Positions 43,626 through 57,867 of a DNA stretch of 64,000 nucleotides are shown in pieces (positions within the stretch are counted from its first letter, which is position 1; every line of letters begins with the position of its first letter). The notes below the pieces were generated by a model that was given only the letters and a program-made list of their open reading frames with translations, searched no databases and was not told where the DNA came from. Origin of the DNA: the human T2T-CHM13v2.0 reference genome, Homo sapiens. Location of the stretch: NCBI RefSeq assembly GCF_009914755.1, contig NC_060934.1; one strand, 5' to 3'. The translations under genes were made by a program, and so were the position numbers.

Positions 43626-46600
43626 TAGCACATCATTTGTCCAGTTGCCCCCTAAGAAATTAGCTCTTTAATTCATTTATTATCCTGTAAATTTTTAACA
43701 ACTTACATGTAAATAATTTAAAAATCATCTCACTTCCTGCAAAAAGAAATCCCTATTAAAGTCCAGTTCTTGAACATATCAGATAAATTGTTCCAAGCCC
43801 ACTTTCCTTTTTCCGTGGAAAGATTCCATGTACCAGTTTATCAATTATTTTTCTAGAAGGTCGTTCCACTTTCTGATCATATCTCATTGTAGGCTTACTT
43901 CCTTGAATTTCTCTTTCATGTTTTATGACTTTAACTCTAGATTAATTCTATGCCTCTTGGGTAGGGGGTGGCTATCTTTAATTAAGCCCCAAATGTTATA
44001 TAAAATCTTTGTGTTTAAAAAATATGTGTAGAAAGGGAATGAATGTATGTAAATTCAAGTATATAGATACATGTTTCTTTACTTTTTCCATCAGCTCTCC
44101 TCAATTAACAACATCAAAAATAAGCATGTTCGAGTTGTCTCTAAATAATCAGCAGAATTTAAAATAATGGCTGTGAGGGAAGTGATCCTCCATGCCTATG
44201 AAAAGGTTTTTAGGCATTATTTCAAATTCTCTCCAAAACGAGGTAGTCACTCCATTATTAAAGAGACACTGTTTCTGTGACCTCCAAATGCCACTTCCTT
44301 AGTGCTTGCTGTGGCAACTGTGATACTGTAATTACTGACAACTCATGTTTTCTAAAGAATGCCTGTTACCCATTTACAAAAGTCTTTCCTTCTTTCCCTG
44401 AACCCATTTGGTTCTATCTAAACAGAAATATATGTGATAAATATCATGAAGAAAAGATTATTGGGCAAAAACATTTTTCCCTTAAGAAATATATCAAATA
44501 ACTTAAGGAATGAATTTTGCACTCTTCCAAAATGCCATTTTAATAGCCATTTAGTCAAAGGTTTTTATTTGAATTATTCCCTTCTGATCAATAATATATA
44601 CACAAGAAATTATCTGTTTTAAAGAATTCTCTGCATGATCAAAACAATATGTAATTGCTACTTCCTTTGACTTACTTTGTAACAAAGCTAATATTTGGCT
44701 TTTCAACCCACAATAAATACCTTCCTCTCTGTTCTCTTCTGACTGAGCCATAATTAACACGAGTTTAACTATATATGACAGATATTTATTTAAAATACCT
44801 TCTGCTGCATATATTAACATTTTTCTCTCTACTTGTAAAATAGCCTGGAGTTCAGCAATAAAATCAGATTCACATTTCTGTTATGTTAATGCTCTGTGCT
44901 AGAGCAGAATATAGCATTTCAGAAGAAGTCAGTGAGCTACATCACAATAATTGTGTGTTGACTGCATTGTGCAATGAAATGGGGAAAATACTATGGAAAT
45001 ACATGGCATCTTCAATTTCCCCAACCATCTCCACACACAAACATAGAATTCGTATCCAAGTCGACTAGCAAGAATCCCTCCCATGGATGCCCAATAGTCA
45101 GTTTCTCTTTGATTTCTGAGAACATGGAAATCCTTATTGCTTACGAATTTTACCCTAACATCACAGGGTCAATAATATAAGTATTTCCACTGTCAATGAG
45201 ACCTTCCATGTGAAGATGATCTGTAAGAGAGATTATGAAGGGGAGGGGTTCACCAAGTTCTGAAAACCTAGAATTATGAGACATTTGCAAGTGTGATAAT
45301 GAAATTATTAGGATTAACAGAAAGAAAAACTATTTTCCTATTAAGACACAAGTTTTTAAACGTGTCTCCTCCTAGGGATTATGTGAATGAAACACATAAA
45401 TAAGACCAGCAAGTCAGATTTTCCAGGTAGAAAGTACTTTAGATATTTAGATTTCATGGTAATTATATATATGAGGGACCTTGAATTCAGAGAAATCTCA
45501 TGGTTACACAGCTCTTAGGTAATTGTGTTTGCATTAGTGACCAGTCTTCCAACCCAGCTAGACTTGTTTTCCATTACATCATGTGAGTAATCGACTCTGG
45601 TACATTATTAAGGGAAAGCTAAAAATGTTGGAGTAAAATCCGCAAAAATTTTGCAATCTACATCCTGAAGGGATTTACTATGTCCCCCACAAAACATACC
45701 TTAGTGTCCCAGACTCCCAGGAACAGAGACATTCAGCTAAAGGCAACATATTTATCTAGTAACAAGATTAGAACTGGAACCTCCATCTCTCTAGATCCTA
45801 GAACTCAGGCCACTGCAATTTGCTCTGCACTATACTGTCTTCCTTAGCCTCCCAGACAGAATTACATCTTGCAGCCATTGTATTTGAGGTTCTGTCTTGC
45901 TCAGAGGCAGGGGAAACTTTTCACGTCAGCCCTGGCTCTAGTGACAGGAGATGAGGAAAGAGCCTGGTAGCCATCATTCAAAAATTAGAGAATACAATGC
46001 TTTTCAAACTCTGATATGTCATCACTTCCATACCTCAAAATGGGGACTTTCCAGCAAAGGTGACTGCGCTAAAACCATATTCTTCCTTGGCAGGCACAGG
46101 ATCCCAACGGTCACCTGAAAAATTCTGAACTCACCTTTCAATGTGACACGGAGTCGCAGATGATTTGAACATGTTGTAGGATCTGTGCTCTGCTCAAGTT
46201 AACATGAATCAAGCATTGTCAGCCCCGTTTGGTCCTTCTCATCAAAATCTTACTTGTTGCAGCTGCACTAAATTCCACATCTGAATAGGGGTTAAGTAGA
46301 ATTTCTGAGGTCCTGAAGAACAAGCATTATATTTACAAGGTTCAGTGATAGTTAAAATTGTACCTCTTTGACAGAAGAAAAGAAAAATCATAAGGTTATT
46401 ATATATGGATATATATCTCCCCTTGAGTTCGGGGGATGAATAGTTCATCAAAAAAGAATCTTGAGAAATACTCACTTCAATTGGGGATACTGATGTGGAC
46501 AGAGTGGAGCATCATTTCATATTGTGAACATTGCTGCCAGTGTCTCTTTGGTACAGGAAATAAAACAGCACCCACCCCGCTGTCTTTTGTGCATACACTT

Positions 46601-48339
46601 TAATGCCCCCAGGTGAGCATCCTTGACAATTCTTACTAAAGGGCATGTGTTTAAAAAAATTCATGGGTCCTTTTGGTTTCTGTATCCCAAGTTGTGCTGA
46701 AGTACCCTCAGCTTGCTCCAAGCTCATGCTTATCCTCACCAACAAACATGTCATTTATTAATAATTCCTACATGAACCCACTCATTCACTTATCCATCCA
46801 TCCATTCATTCATTCATTCATTCATGAACAGTGGGGAAATAAATGGTCACATTGTGGGATAATCAGAGTGTGGAACTGTGAGCTAGTCCATACAGTATCT
46901 ACTGGAAGATCACAGCTCTCATGAGTAAATGAGTTGCACATTCTTTTTTTGAGACATGAATGAAAAGGAAACATTGTAAAGAAACACCTATGTAGAGACA
47001 AGTCCTGTTATCTAATTTATTTTGGAGGGCACCCATTGGTAGCATGAAACATCATGTTTTAGATGTGGGTGCTTACTAAAGGACAGGCTATTCTAAGTGT
47101 ATGAGGAGCACAAGTCATTAGCCACAGGTGCCTAAATCATGAAATCTGACTCAGGGCAAGGCAATAACTGTTGGCAAAGGACTAAGTTTTCTACTCTTTT
47201 TAGACCAAATGTATTCACCAAATGCAGAACTCTCTTCTAGACCATGAAGAGTGGATTCCTATGTGGACTGAAATAAAATGTCAGTTTCCTACCAAACTTT
47301 TCCACCTCACCCTGACTGGCAAAGTAGAAATCTCATTATAAAAGTCAATGAATCAGAGCTCCAGTAGATCCCCAATCAGAGGAGCCCTGTACAGACCACA
47401 TTTTCTGTTCAATCACTATCCAGTTGTCACATTTGTTTAATTAATATTTCTTCCTCTGTGATTCAATGTTATTGTTGGTTTTGTTCTTTGTTTTAGAAAA
47501 ACCCAGAAGAGAGCTTTTAATATAAGATTCTGTTAACCACTATATAATCATAAGAAAATAAAATATGTCCTAGAAATATGTGCAATTGTTCTGCATTGTG
47601 TGATTGGCACTGACATGGTGAAATTTTTTCTAAGTAATTAAATACCCTAAGTGTCTTGAGTATTTTTAATAGCTAGTATTATTGTCAGCTTATGGCTTAT
47701 GGTGCTATCAATTATGACAAAAGAAATTATTTTCCAATCTGGATTATGCTGCAAACTGCACTGGAGCCCTTGAGATTTTCCTCTTTGAATATTAAAAGAG
47801 TGGTTGCAATTTGCAGGACTTATGCCTCTTTGAAAATGTTTCTATCTTTTAAAATATTAAGTATAAGAATTAACAAGTAAATTTTATAAACGTTGGAGGA
47901 GATATCTGTCCTCACAAGGCACTGATGCAAATATTAAATTCGCTTGTTTTAACCATCTCTACTTGGACTTTGTTCCAACTATGCTTCCTAAATGACTTTG
48001 GAATAAGTAAATTTTAATTGCCCTGATATATATCTTTAAAATCCTTCAAAAACATTGTTGAAATGATGAAAGAGGTCTGGGAAGTCCCTGATCAATATCT
48101 AATAATGTCTTTTTTATGTTTCGTGTAGGCTTTTATTGGGGCAGATAATTACCAAATTTTAAAATAATTCTGTTTTATTTTGGCAATTAATTTTCCAAGA
48201 ATTATATTTCATTGTGAGGCCCTCCCTGTCACCTTACCAAGCAAACAAGACTCACTAGGGGCCGTCAATGAAGGAGAGACTGAAGGAGGAGATGAAATTC
48301 ACATGGCCAGCACCATTCATTTTTATTCTTTCTCTACAT

Positions 48340-49118
48340 GAAACAGTCTCCATTCCTGGAGGAGGTCACACCTTCCTGTCCTTGTGTGTCCTCCTGCTAC
48401 CTGCAATGCCTTCATCTAATACTACCTGTTGACAAAAGCTGGCACATGGTTCAAGCCCCATTTTAAATGTCATCTCCTCCAAAAAGCCTTTCCCAATCCC
48501 TTAATGAATTCCCCTTTCTTCTGCACTCTCAGTGTGCTACATCCAGTCCTACTTAACACTATTCCTTATGTCTTTAATTATGTATATATCTGTCTCACCA
48601 GTGATATATTAAACACACCAAGGATGAAAACCCTGTCCTATCTTTGCATCTGTGAGCCTCTAATAATGTTTTGACAATATTGGATGTTGAGTAAAGGCTT
48701 GGCTTCAGTCAGTTTTGCAATGCTGTGAAAACATTATTCTCCTTCTCCTCTGCCTTTTTCATGCTGTTGTTCCTGCTGTCTGGGATCCTTCCCCCAAGCA
48801 CTACTCCCTTCTCTACTCAAATCTCTTAATCATGCATCAAGACTTTCCCAATTGTTATGCCCTCCTTGTGAGCCTTCTCCAATATCCCCTTCCCCTCCTC
48901 CCACCACCAGGTGAGATTTGGGTCTTTGCTCTGCCCTTCCTTTGGAATCTTTATCTTCTTCAATAATGGTCTGATTCTGTAATGGCTTGTTTGCACAGTG
49001 GTCCTACTCTGTAGTCTTGTGAGTTTCTTGAGGACAGAAATCATTTCTTGTATCTCTGAATTTCTAAGACCAGCATGTAGGCACTCAGTAAATATTTGTT
49101 GGATGGATGGATGGACAT
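48340..49118 (+). mobile_element. Two adjacent L2 3' relics
   Basis: 'aaatgtcatctcctccaaaaagcctttccc', 'gtgagtttcttgaggacagaaa', 'tgtaggcactcagtaaatatttgttggatggatgg'. Confidence 0.7.
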
Positions 49119-49609
49119 TAAAATGAAATTTGACACATAAATCTGTGCACCTTGTTAGCATTCTCATACTATTTTCAAAAAAAGAACAAAGGAAAGAAAG
49201 AAAAAATGTTTCTGTGACTTAACATGACAAAATCCTTGGTTTTATTTCTCATCGTCCACTGCTCTTCATCGCATGGCTGCATTGGCCCAGTTATGACAAT
49301 GGATGGAAACTCCATTGGCCATCTTTGTTTCCCTCCACATTGCCTGTCACCTCATCTCATCTGCTTGGCTTTGAGGGCCAAAGAGATCTGTACTGGCTAT
49401 AAGTCAATGACATGAGTATGATAAACCGTCTTTAAGGAAGAAGAAAAGTTTGCAAATCTCTGAACAGCATAACCTATGCTGTTGAGAACATGTGGTATGT
49501 CAGTCAGTCCTAACTTACTGACCGTTCTGGATAACTATGAAATTTCAACAGCTTCCCACAGTCTGCACTCATCAACAACAATAACCATATTTTTATTTAG
49601 AAGGCAGCA

Positions 49610-49830
49610 TACGGTTGTGGGAATAATTCCGGTCATGTACAGGCAAACCAAGGTTTACATTCTATGGCTCCACTGCCTAATGCAACCTTCAGCACGTGAC
49701 TTAGTTTCTGTTTCTCTGTCTGTAAAGTGGAAATCACGCAGTACTTTGTCCGGCTGTGCTCAGGAGGTAAACTTCATCGTGTATCTCTTTACTTGGCATG
49801 GTGTCTAGAATGTACTAAGTATTGTTTTTC
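49610..49830 (+). mobile_element. MIR relic
   Basis: 'tctgtttctctgtctgtaaagtgg' core-like; degenerate. Confidence 0.45.
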
Positions 49831-49858
49831 TTCCCCTTACGGGTGTATTGCTACAGAG

Positions 49859-50177
<319 letters not shown>

Positions 50178-51636
50178 TATGGAGGTTTTAAAACAAATTT
50201 ATCATTGACTAATTCAGTTTGCTCTTGTGTTTCTCATCTCACAACCCATCATGTTTAAAAATGGACAAAAATAAATACGAAAATTCAAGTAGGTAACTCT
50301 TAGGTTGCATTAATTCCCCCTCCTTTTTCTCACAATGGACTCTTCATCTTTTGCTATTATATCACTCTTATGCTGATTCTAGTAAGCTTCCAAACTAGGT
50401 CATAGAGCCTTGAGATAAAGGGCACTGTTTCTATTCCTTATTCTGAGTGCCTAGTGAGTGAAGACCTGGTGGAAGATAGTCAAGAAATGGATTCATTCAT
50501 TCATTCAAAAAACAAGGCCATCATGGGGGAAAGGAAGACAGGAAGCTTGCCAGATATAGCATGAAGAGCAGAGAGGGCCAAGTCCTTTTGCTTTTGCAAG
50601 GATATTTATAATAGTCCCAAGATTATTGGATTTTCTACTATCTGAGGCAAATTCTTCCCCACTTTACACATTTATTGCCTGCCCAGTAGTTTGTCACTGT
50701 AGTGGTAAATCAAAAGGGATTCCAGACAGGTCACACCAACCTTCATACTCTCTCTGAATCACTTCTCCAGCACAGTCCCAAAGCCAGGCTGGTTAGCTTA
50801 AAGTTTATATTACCCAGCAGGCACAGAGTGTGGCATGGTTGCCTGCATTAAACAGTGATGTCACAGCCTGACGAGGAGGTTGTCTTTTTAGCAAGGAGCA
50901 AGAGGAAAATTGAAGCAACTCCAGAGAGAAAATGTTTATTGAAATGCAAATGAATCTTCCATGCATGTGCTTTAGCTCTTTTGAAACAGAAAATCTCTAA
51001 GAAGATAGCTGCATTTTCCTTGCCCCCTTCCCTCCTTGCTTATCTCTGCAAATGTTACAGGGCACTCATAATATGAAAATATGGAGGAATTTTGGAGAGA
51101 AAACACTTATTTTTAACAGGCATGCTTCCCCTAAAAATAGCAAAAGGAATGAATAGTAAAAGTTCCCAGAAGAGTACGTTGATATTGGCTCAAAATGATT
51201 CTTTTTCCCAATGGATCTGTGGACAGCAGTGGGTGCAGGTGGAGCCCTGCCCACTGCTTGGGTTGCACCGGCAGCCAGTGGTGGAGGCTGTGTGTTGATA
51301 TCTGCAGGCCTGGCCTGCCATCTGACCCCGGTGTTGCCACTCCACATGGATTGCCTCTCAGCCAGCCTCTTCTCAGAGAACAAGGACATTCCTCATCTGT
51401 GTCTGTGGTAAACAGCAGTTGGGAGAGTTGCAGCTGGCTCAGCCCTTTGAGTTCTGCAGATAAGAAAGTTCTGTTGAAATGTAAAATATTTTTAAATGTT
51501 TTAACTGTCACATGGCTACACTCCCCATCATGCTGAACAGAGCCAGAAGAGGACAAACATGCATTTAAACATTTTGCTGGAGTGAACCCTTGGCAGGGTC
51601 AGGTTTCCATCAATGATGTAGTTCTTGTAAAGGTAG

Positions 51637-51999
51637 TGATAGGGTTTGACTGTGTCCCCACCCAAATCTCATCTTGAATTGTAGCTCCCATAACCCCCAT
51701 GTATCATGGGAGGGACCCAGTTGGAGATAGTTGAATCAGGGAGACAAGTTTTTCTCATGCTGTTCTCTTGGTGGTGAGTAAGTCTCACGAGATCTGATGG
51801 TTCTATAAAGCGCAGTTCCCCTGCACATGCTCTCTTGCCTACCACCATGTAAGACGTGACTTTGCTCCACCTTTGCCTTCTACCATGATTGTGAGGCCTC
51901 CCCAGCCTTGTGGAACTGTGAATCCATTAAGCCTCTTTCCTTTATAAATTACCCAGTCTCAGGTATGTCCTTATAGCAATGTGAGAATGGATTAATACA
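51637..51999 (+). mobile_element. THE1 (THE1B/C/D-like) solo LTR
   Basis: 'tgatagggtttgactgtgtccccacccaaatctcatcttgaattgtagctccc...taataca'; 5-bp TSD ggtag/ggtaa. Confidence 0.92.
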
Positions 52000-52821
52000 G
52001 GTAAATTTTTTGAAAAATTGGACCACAGAATTATAAATATTTCCCAGGTTTAGATCTGATTCTTTAGTCTAACACTATCATTTATAATGGAGGTTATAAA
52101 ACAACATCTAAATATTGACCTCTATAGAGTTCCTTCTAGGGAAGAGGACAACAGGAGTTTCCTATAAACCTACCCAGCCTTCTCCTCAACCTGAAAGTGA
52201 ACATCAATATTTTACTTTATGTCTTAACGTAGGCTCTGAAAATTTTAAATTGTGACAGTCTTAAGTGGCAATTTCTTAACTCTCATTTGCATGTTGAACC
52301 TTTGACACAGTTACAGTTTAGTGGGTTATAAATCGTAACCCATTAAATTAGTCAGTCAGAAATAATCTGTTTCTCCCCTGTCTTCCAAAAGTTAATTTCT
52401 TGGATGTTATCACAGCCCTAAGGTAAAAATGCAAGATTAAGGACATCATCCTGTCCTGGATCCCCAGCATCCCCCAAACCCAAGCCTTGCCTTTGTTTTC
52501 TACCAGCTGACAAAAGAGGTTTACCTGTGGCTGAAAACATGAGGCTGCAATTGAAGCTTTCTTTACAGACTCATGTCTCCTGTCTGCTGCCACGTGATAA
52601 ATAGAATCTGTACTGCCTGACACTGGTGAACAGTGGGTGAAATGGATATTAGAAAAATCTCATTTATCTTCTGCTTTATTTCTTGATAGGGGTCCTTGTC
52701 ACTAGGACTATTGTGTGACCAGCTCTGGAAAGGGCATCTCATTAGTTTTTCTTATCAAGATAGCAAGGTCCTTTTAAACAGCAAAGCACTTACATTTTAG
52801 ATTCAATTAGGAAACTGCACA

Positions 52822-52855
52822 GTGTGTGTTCGTGTGTGTGTGTGTGTGTGTGTGT
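52822..52855. repeat. (TG)n microsatellite
   Basis: seen directly. Confidence 0.92.
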
Positions 52856-53796
52856 TTGCACTTCAGAGCTTCTTCCTGGAGACAGAGTAGTGTCAGCTTG
52901 ATTCTTACAGGTCTGGTTTTCACCGCAGTTGAGCCCAGCAGGCACGTCACACTGAACCAAACCCTGTGACTCAGTATCCTCTGGCACAAAAGCAGCTGAT
53001 AGACTCATCTTCATCTGCTTCCATGATTTTGTCTGAGGCAGGATCAGCCTGGGCGAGGTATAGGAAGCTGCCAGCCATCTGTGTAGCAAGGGATGTCCAT
53101 GGATCTCTTTTCTGACGTGGTTTGCTAGAAAAATGAAACAAAGGCCCTATTTTAGCCCCACTAGTGTCTAAAGTATCTCCCCCCACGTCCTGGGCTTCCT
53201 TGCACACAGCGGGCTCTTCTGGCAAATGCACTTTGGAGCAGTTCACAGTTGCCACCCAGACAACTGGGAGAATGTCAGCAAATCAGCAGTGACTTAGAAA
53301 ATGTCAGATGGGGTTCAACTTTTTCACATCATATTGAAAATCTCAGTGACAGGCGGATGAAGTGGGACAACTGTACGTCAAGGCACTGTGTGGAAAATTT
53401 AGCTGATACACTGAGAGAAAGCGCCTCTCTCCCAGCAGCTGTGAAAACAAACCAAAAACGAAAATATCCTGCCAGGGTTCTGAATGATCTCCTGGGGATA
53501 CTGGCCTCTTTTGAAAGAACATGGATGCTTTCAGGACAGTAGGGTGCCATGTAGCTTGCTTATTCAGGGGGGATGAGATGCTGTTGGTTGGCAAGATTGA
53601 ATCCCCCCTTGTTGAGTTCTGTGGAATCCCCCCTTGTTGAATACATGTTTCAGGGAGAAGCACCATTCACTTTCAGGGGCTGGCTGGATTGTTGGCAATT
53701 CTGTACTCCACCCTACTCACATAGGCCAGCCTTAGAAGACAGCCACTGCTCATGATTTACTTTTAAACCTTTGTCGCAATTGTGATTAAGAATTTG

Positions 53797-54097
53797 TGCC
53801 TGGGTGCGGTGGTTCATGCCTATAATCCCAGCACTTTGCGAGGCTGAGCTGGGAAGATCACCTGAGCCTAGGAGTTTGCGACCAGCCTTGGCAACATAGT
53901 AAGACCTAGTCTCTACCAAAAAATAGAAAAATTAGGCAGGCATGGTAGCACGCCCATGTAGTCCCAGCCACTCAGGAGGCTGAGGCAGGAAAATCACTTG
54001 AGCCCAGAAGTTCAAGGCTGCAGGGAGCCATCATTGCACCACCGCACTTCAGCCTAGGTGCCAGAGCAAGACTTTGTCTCAAAAAAATAAAAAATAA
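53797..54097 (+). mobile_element. AluJ
   Basis: J-type 'cttgagcccagaagttcaaggctgcag'; A-tail. Confidence 0.94.
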
Positions 54098-54109
54098 ATT
54101 TGCTTGATT

Positions 54110-54240
54110 AATGGTTAGATGATAAGCTTCCAGAGTGCAGGGAGAGTGTCCTGTTCACTGTACATCTCCTGTGCCTACAAAGTGCCTGGTGGGGAACAGG
54201 TACTCAATAAGTTTCTTCTGAGATTGACAAATGATTGAAG
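54110..54240 (+). mobile_element. L2 3' end
   Basis: 'taagcttccagagtgcagggag...ctgttcactgtacatctcctgtgccta...gtgcctgg...ggtactcaataa'. Confidence 0.75.
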
Positions 54241-57200
54241 GCAAAGAAGATATTCCTGTCTAAAACCCTCTTCCATGTATAGAAGCAACTCTATTTTGTG
54301 ATTCCATGAAAGCATGACATAGGGTAACTCGTTCTGGTTTTGTGTCTGGCTGGCTGAGACTGACATCAGGATGCTAACTTCCTGTGGCTTCAGTTTACTC
54401 TGAAGTGATGAAGAGTATTAACCTTTCCAGATGCACTAATCCTAATCTTTTGGGCTAGGACACTGGAGAACTTGACGTCTCATTCTCCATTGAGGTTTTC
54501 AGATAAGATCTAATATGGGCAGATATTAGGCAGTTACTAGGCATGTGTTGGTCTGTTTTTTCCCTATGAGACAGGGCATCTGAGATCATCTAAGTGCTCT
54601 GAGCACCTACAGATAAAAAGCTACAAAGAGTAGAGTCTGGAATGGGGACAGAAAGGAAGGTAGAAAACCGTCAAAACCAAAGTTCACCTACTTCACAATT
54701 TCCCTAAGGACCAATCAGTAAACATCCATGAACAAAGACAGAGTATGTGCCTGGGACAAATGGAAATCAACAAATCCATTTCAACGAAAGCCATGGCTAA
54801 TTGATGCTCATCCACAAATCTCTCGTTAAACATTGGTTCATCATTTGTCACATCCATCAAGCTTCACTTGGTTTTTTGCACGTCGTTTCTCAGCCCCTTA
54901 CTTTGCCCCCTCACTGCTTAACCAAGTCTCATTCTGTTCCATTGCTACAACACTTGGTAGTGTTAAATATGATGGCAGTCACATCCACCTCCATGCATAA
55001 TTAAGAAATGGATTACATGTTTTGAAAATGACTGCAAAGACTTCCAAGGCTGGAATATTTATCCAAATCTAGTATTACTTCCTGAGTTTTGTTTCATGGA
55101 ATATTTATGACAAGCTGTGATGAAATACTGACCCAGGATGTTCTGACAAAGAGCAGGTGCCACTGAGGTGCCACATCATTCTGTGGAACTTGCATGGCAT
55201 TTTATTTGCCAAGAGCCTTTCTCTAATACTTCAGCTTCGCTTGGCATTAACTTAGCTGCACAATTTTGTGCTAAGAGAGTGAAGAAATGAAGCCCAGAAG
55301 GGTGAAACAGTTTGCCCCACGCTAATGATCTCTCCCTGCCCTTTGATGAGTGTTGGACCTCACACAGCCTGGTCATGCCACTCCCCTGCTAGCCTACTCG
55401 TTGGCATGAGGGATGATGAACTGAAGGATACATTGCATTTCCTGCCATCTAATATCTCTGTGACATTATAAATAGGGTCACATACTCCTCCTTTCCTTGG
55501 ACTTAATTCTGATTTCTGAGCATGATAACCAGGGTCTAAGTTAACTGCTCTGCCTTACATAACTCACAGCCTAGCCCTTGCCCCTATCCTCCTGGTTCCC
55601 GTTTCCTTAACTCCCTTTGTGTCAAACTCCTGTTTCCCCATTCCTCCTCCAGTCTCAACCCTACACCTGCTTCAGGACTTTGCTGAAGCATCACCTGCTG
55701 TAAGAAAACTTTCTGCTCCTTGCGATTTCCTGTCCTTTGAACCCACTGCCCGCCCGCTCCACATGTGGGTATGGACACCCTCCCTGCCTTTACATAAAAG
55801 CCGTTTTAGATTTGATCTCAACTCTCCCAGGTCTTTCTGATAAATGAAAGACAATTTGCAAATGCAAACATCAATGCGGATAACATATAGTCACCAAATT
55901 CCAGAGCCATTGTTCCACAGCCAAAGGGCAGCTCTTGCTTAATAAGGACTTAGATTACTCATCAATAAATGATGACGACAGATCATTAACAGCACCATTT
56001 GGACAGCGCTCTGCATTTTACATGGTGCCTCCGTGGACAGCACTTTTCTCACTTTTCCTCTGTGACGTGATGGAGCATATCCCCGGGCCTTGGAGAAATA
56101 GTCCCCAAAATCAGGCAAGAAAAAATATTTCAAGGCTTGCTTTCTTTTAAAACTTTGTGTGTATTTTTATCTTCCATGATAAACATCATCATTTACAGTT
56201 TTAAAATGTTTTAATGGGCTTACCACTAAATAAACCTGCTATTCCAAAAAGATTCCATGGGCCTGTCATCGCAGTTTAGAAAACACTAGTTTGCCATTTA
56301 ACTGAATCCTGGGCACTGCTCTGTGAAAGAGGTGAGCTGCTTAGGACAGATCCATTGTTACGGGACAGAAAAGCACCTGCATTTTGATCCACTTCCTTCA
56401 GACCCTGAATTAGTGATAGAGTTAGGATTCAACTACAGATGTTTTTAACTCCAAACTTCATGTACAAATTTACTTACCCTTCAAGAAATTTCCAGTTGTG
56501 CTATCCTCAGGATATATGAAAGTATACGATTTTATCCACTGCCCACCACCTTGCAGCAATGTAAAGCAAAAACCCACTGCCCAGGCACAGTAGCACCTCA
56601 TCCCCATGTTGACGTCATTTACCTGAAGCCCAGGACTCAGCTCTTGGATGTGGTCTCTTCTATATCAACATCCAGCATCCATCCTAAAAATCCCAGGGAA
56701 CCCGTACCAGTATCCCTGGATAGTCATTAATGTAGCTCCCTGAAGCACTTCCTTTCATCATGTCTGTCTGCCTTTACTAGGCTATAAAGTCCTTGAAGTA
56801 AGAGATCACTTTTGATACATCCCAGTCCATATGCCAAACTCAGCTCAGCGTCTGGTATCAAAAATGCTCTTTCATGCATACTTATCGCTCACTAGTTTCC
56901 TAAAAGTGGACAGGAAGGGTTGCAGTAGGTAAAAGAAAGTACAATTTCCCCATCAGCCAAAGCGAAAGAATAACAGCAACAACTATTACATGGCATCACA
57001 CTGAACCATGCAAGTCTATAGCCTTTCCTCTCGGCTCTATGTCATGATAGATCGTGTTCTGGAAGCAATGGTCTGTAGCTTAAATGGGTCAGGTGTATAT
57101 TTTGATTTTCTCTTACAGCTTGTTGAAGAATATTTTACGGTTTGGTAATTTTGTTTCTTAATATCCAAGATGATTGACCGTGGTACCCAGCAGCCCAAAG

Positions 57201-57787
57201 GAAGACATCCTTAAATGTCATGATTATCCCAAAATATTAGAGCAAGCTTATTGGAAATTTGATCTTCTCAAAAATATTACTATAGCTGCATTCCATTGGG
57301 TTCAATAAGTGAAATGATGAGGAGGGGCGCACCGCTTACAGATGATGCTGTCGGCTATTACCCATCTTCTCCCCTCCTGAGAGCCACTGCATTGAAATGT
57401 TATGTGTTGCTCACCTTTCCTTATGGTATATTGTAACTTTGCAAGGCTGAAGATTTCAGTCCTGGATTTTCAGCTGCTAGAAGAAAACTGATTTCCCATC
57501 TATTCCCTTTTGAAACGGGCACTGGTCTAAAGAAACCATTATCCTCTCATTTTTTCATGCTGGTGAAAGTCGCGATTCTCATAGATAACCCAGCACACAT
57601 TTACATACTCTTCATAGCCAAAAATGGTATGGCTTTTGTTATCTAAATGATCTCATAAACAAAAGGCAACAACATTTTCTGAATGCATTTGCCTTGAGCA
57701 TCTCAGGGTAAAAACATAGGTCCTTTATTCTGTTGCAGAGGTCAGAAATTGTAATTAGATAGCGGGCTGGGTTTTCTCTTTTGTATA

Positions 57788-57867
57788 TACTCAGGTCAAT
57801 ATTACCAAATTCAGGTCAACATTACCATACTCAGATCAGTATTACAGTACTCAAGTTAATATTGCCA
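57788..57867. repeat. Degenerate 20-bp minisatellite, 4 copies
   Basis: tactcaggtcaatattacca / aattcaggtcaacattacca / tactcagatcagtattacag / tactcaagttaatattgcca. Confidence 0.9.

Noticed and set aside
57316-57336. CTCF-like motif gaggaggggcgc
   Set aside because: Lacks the CCASYAG 5' core; poor match.
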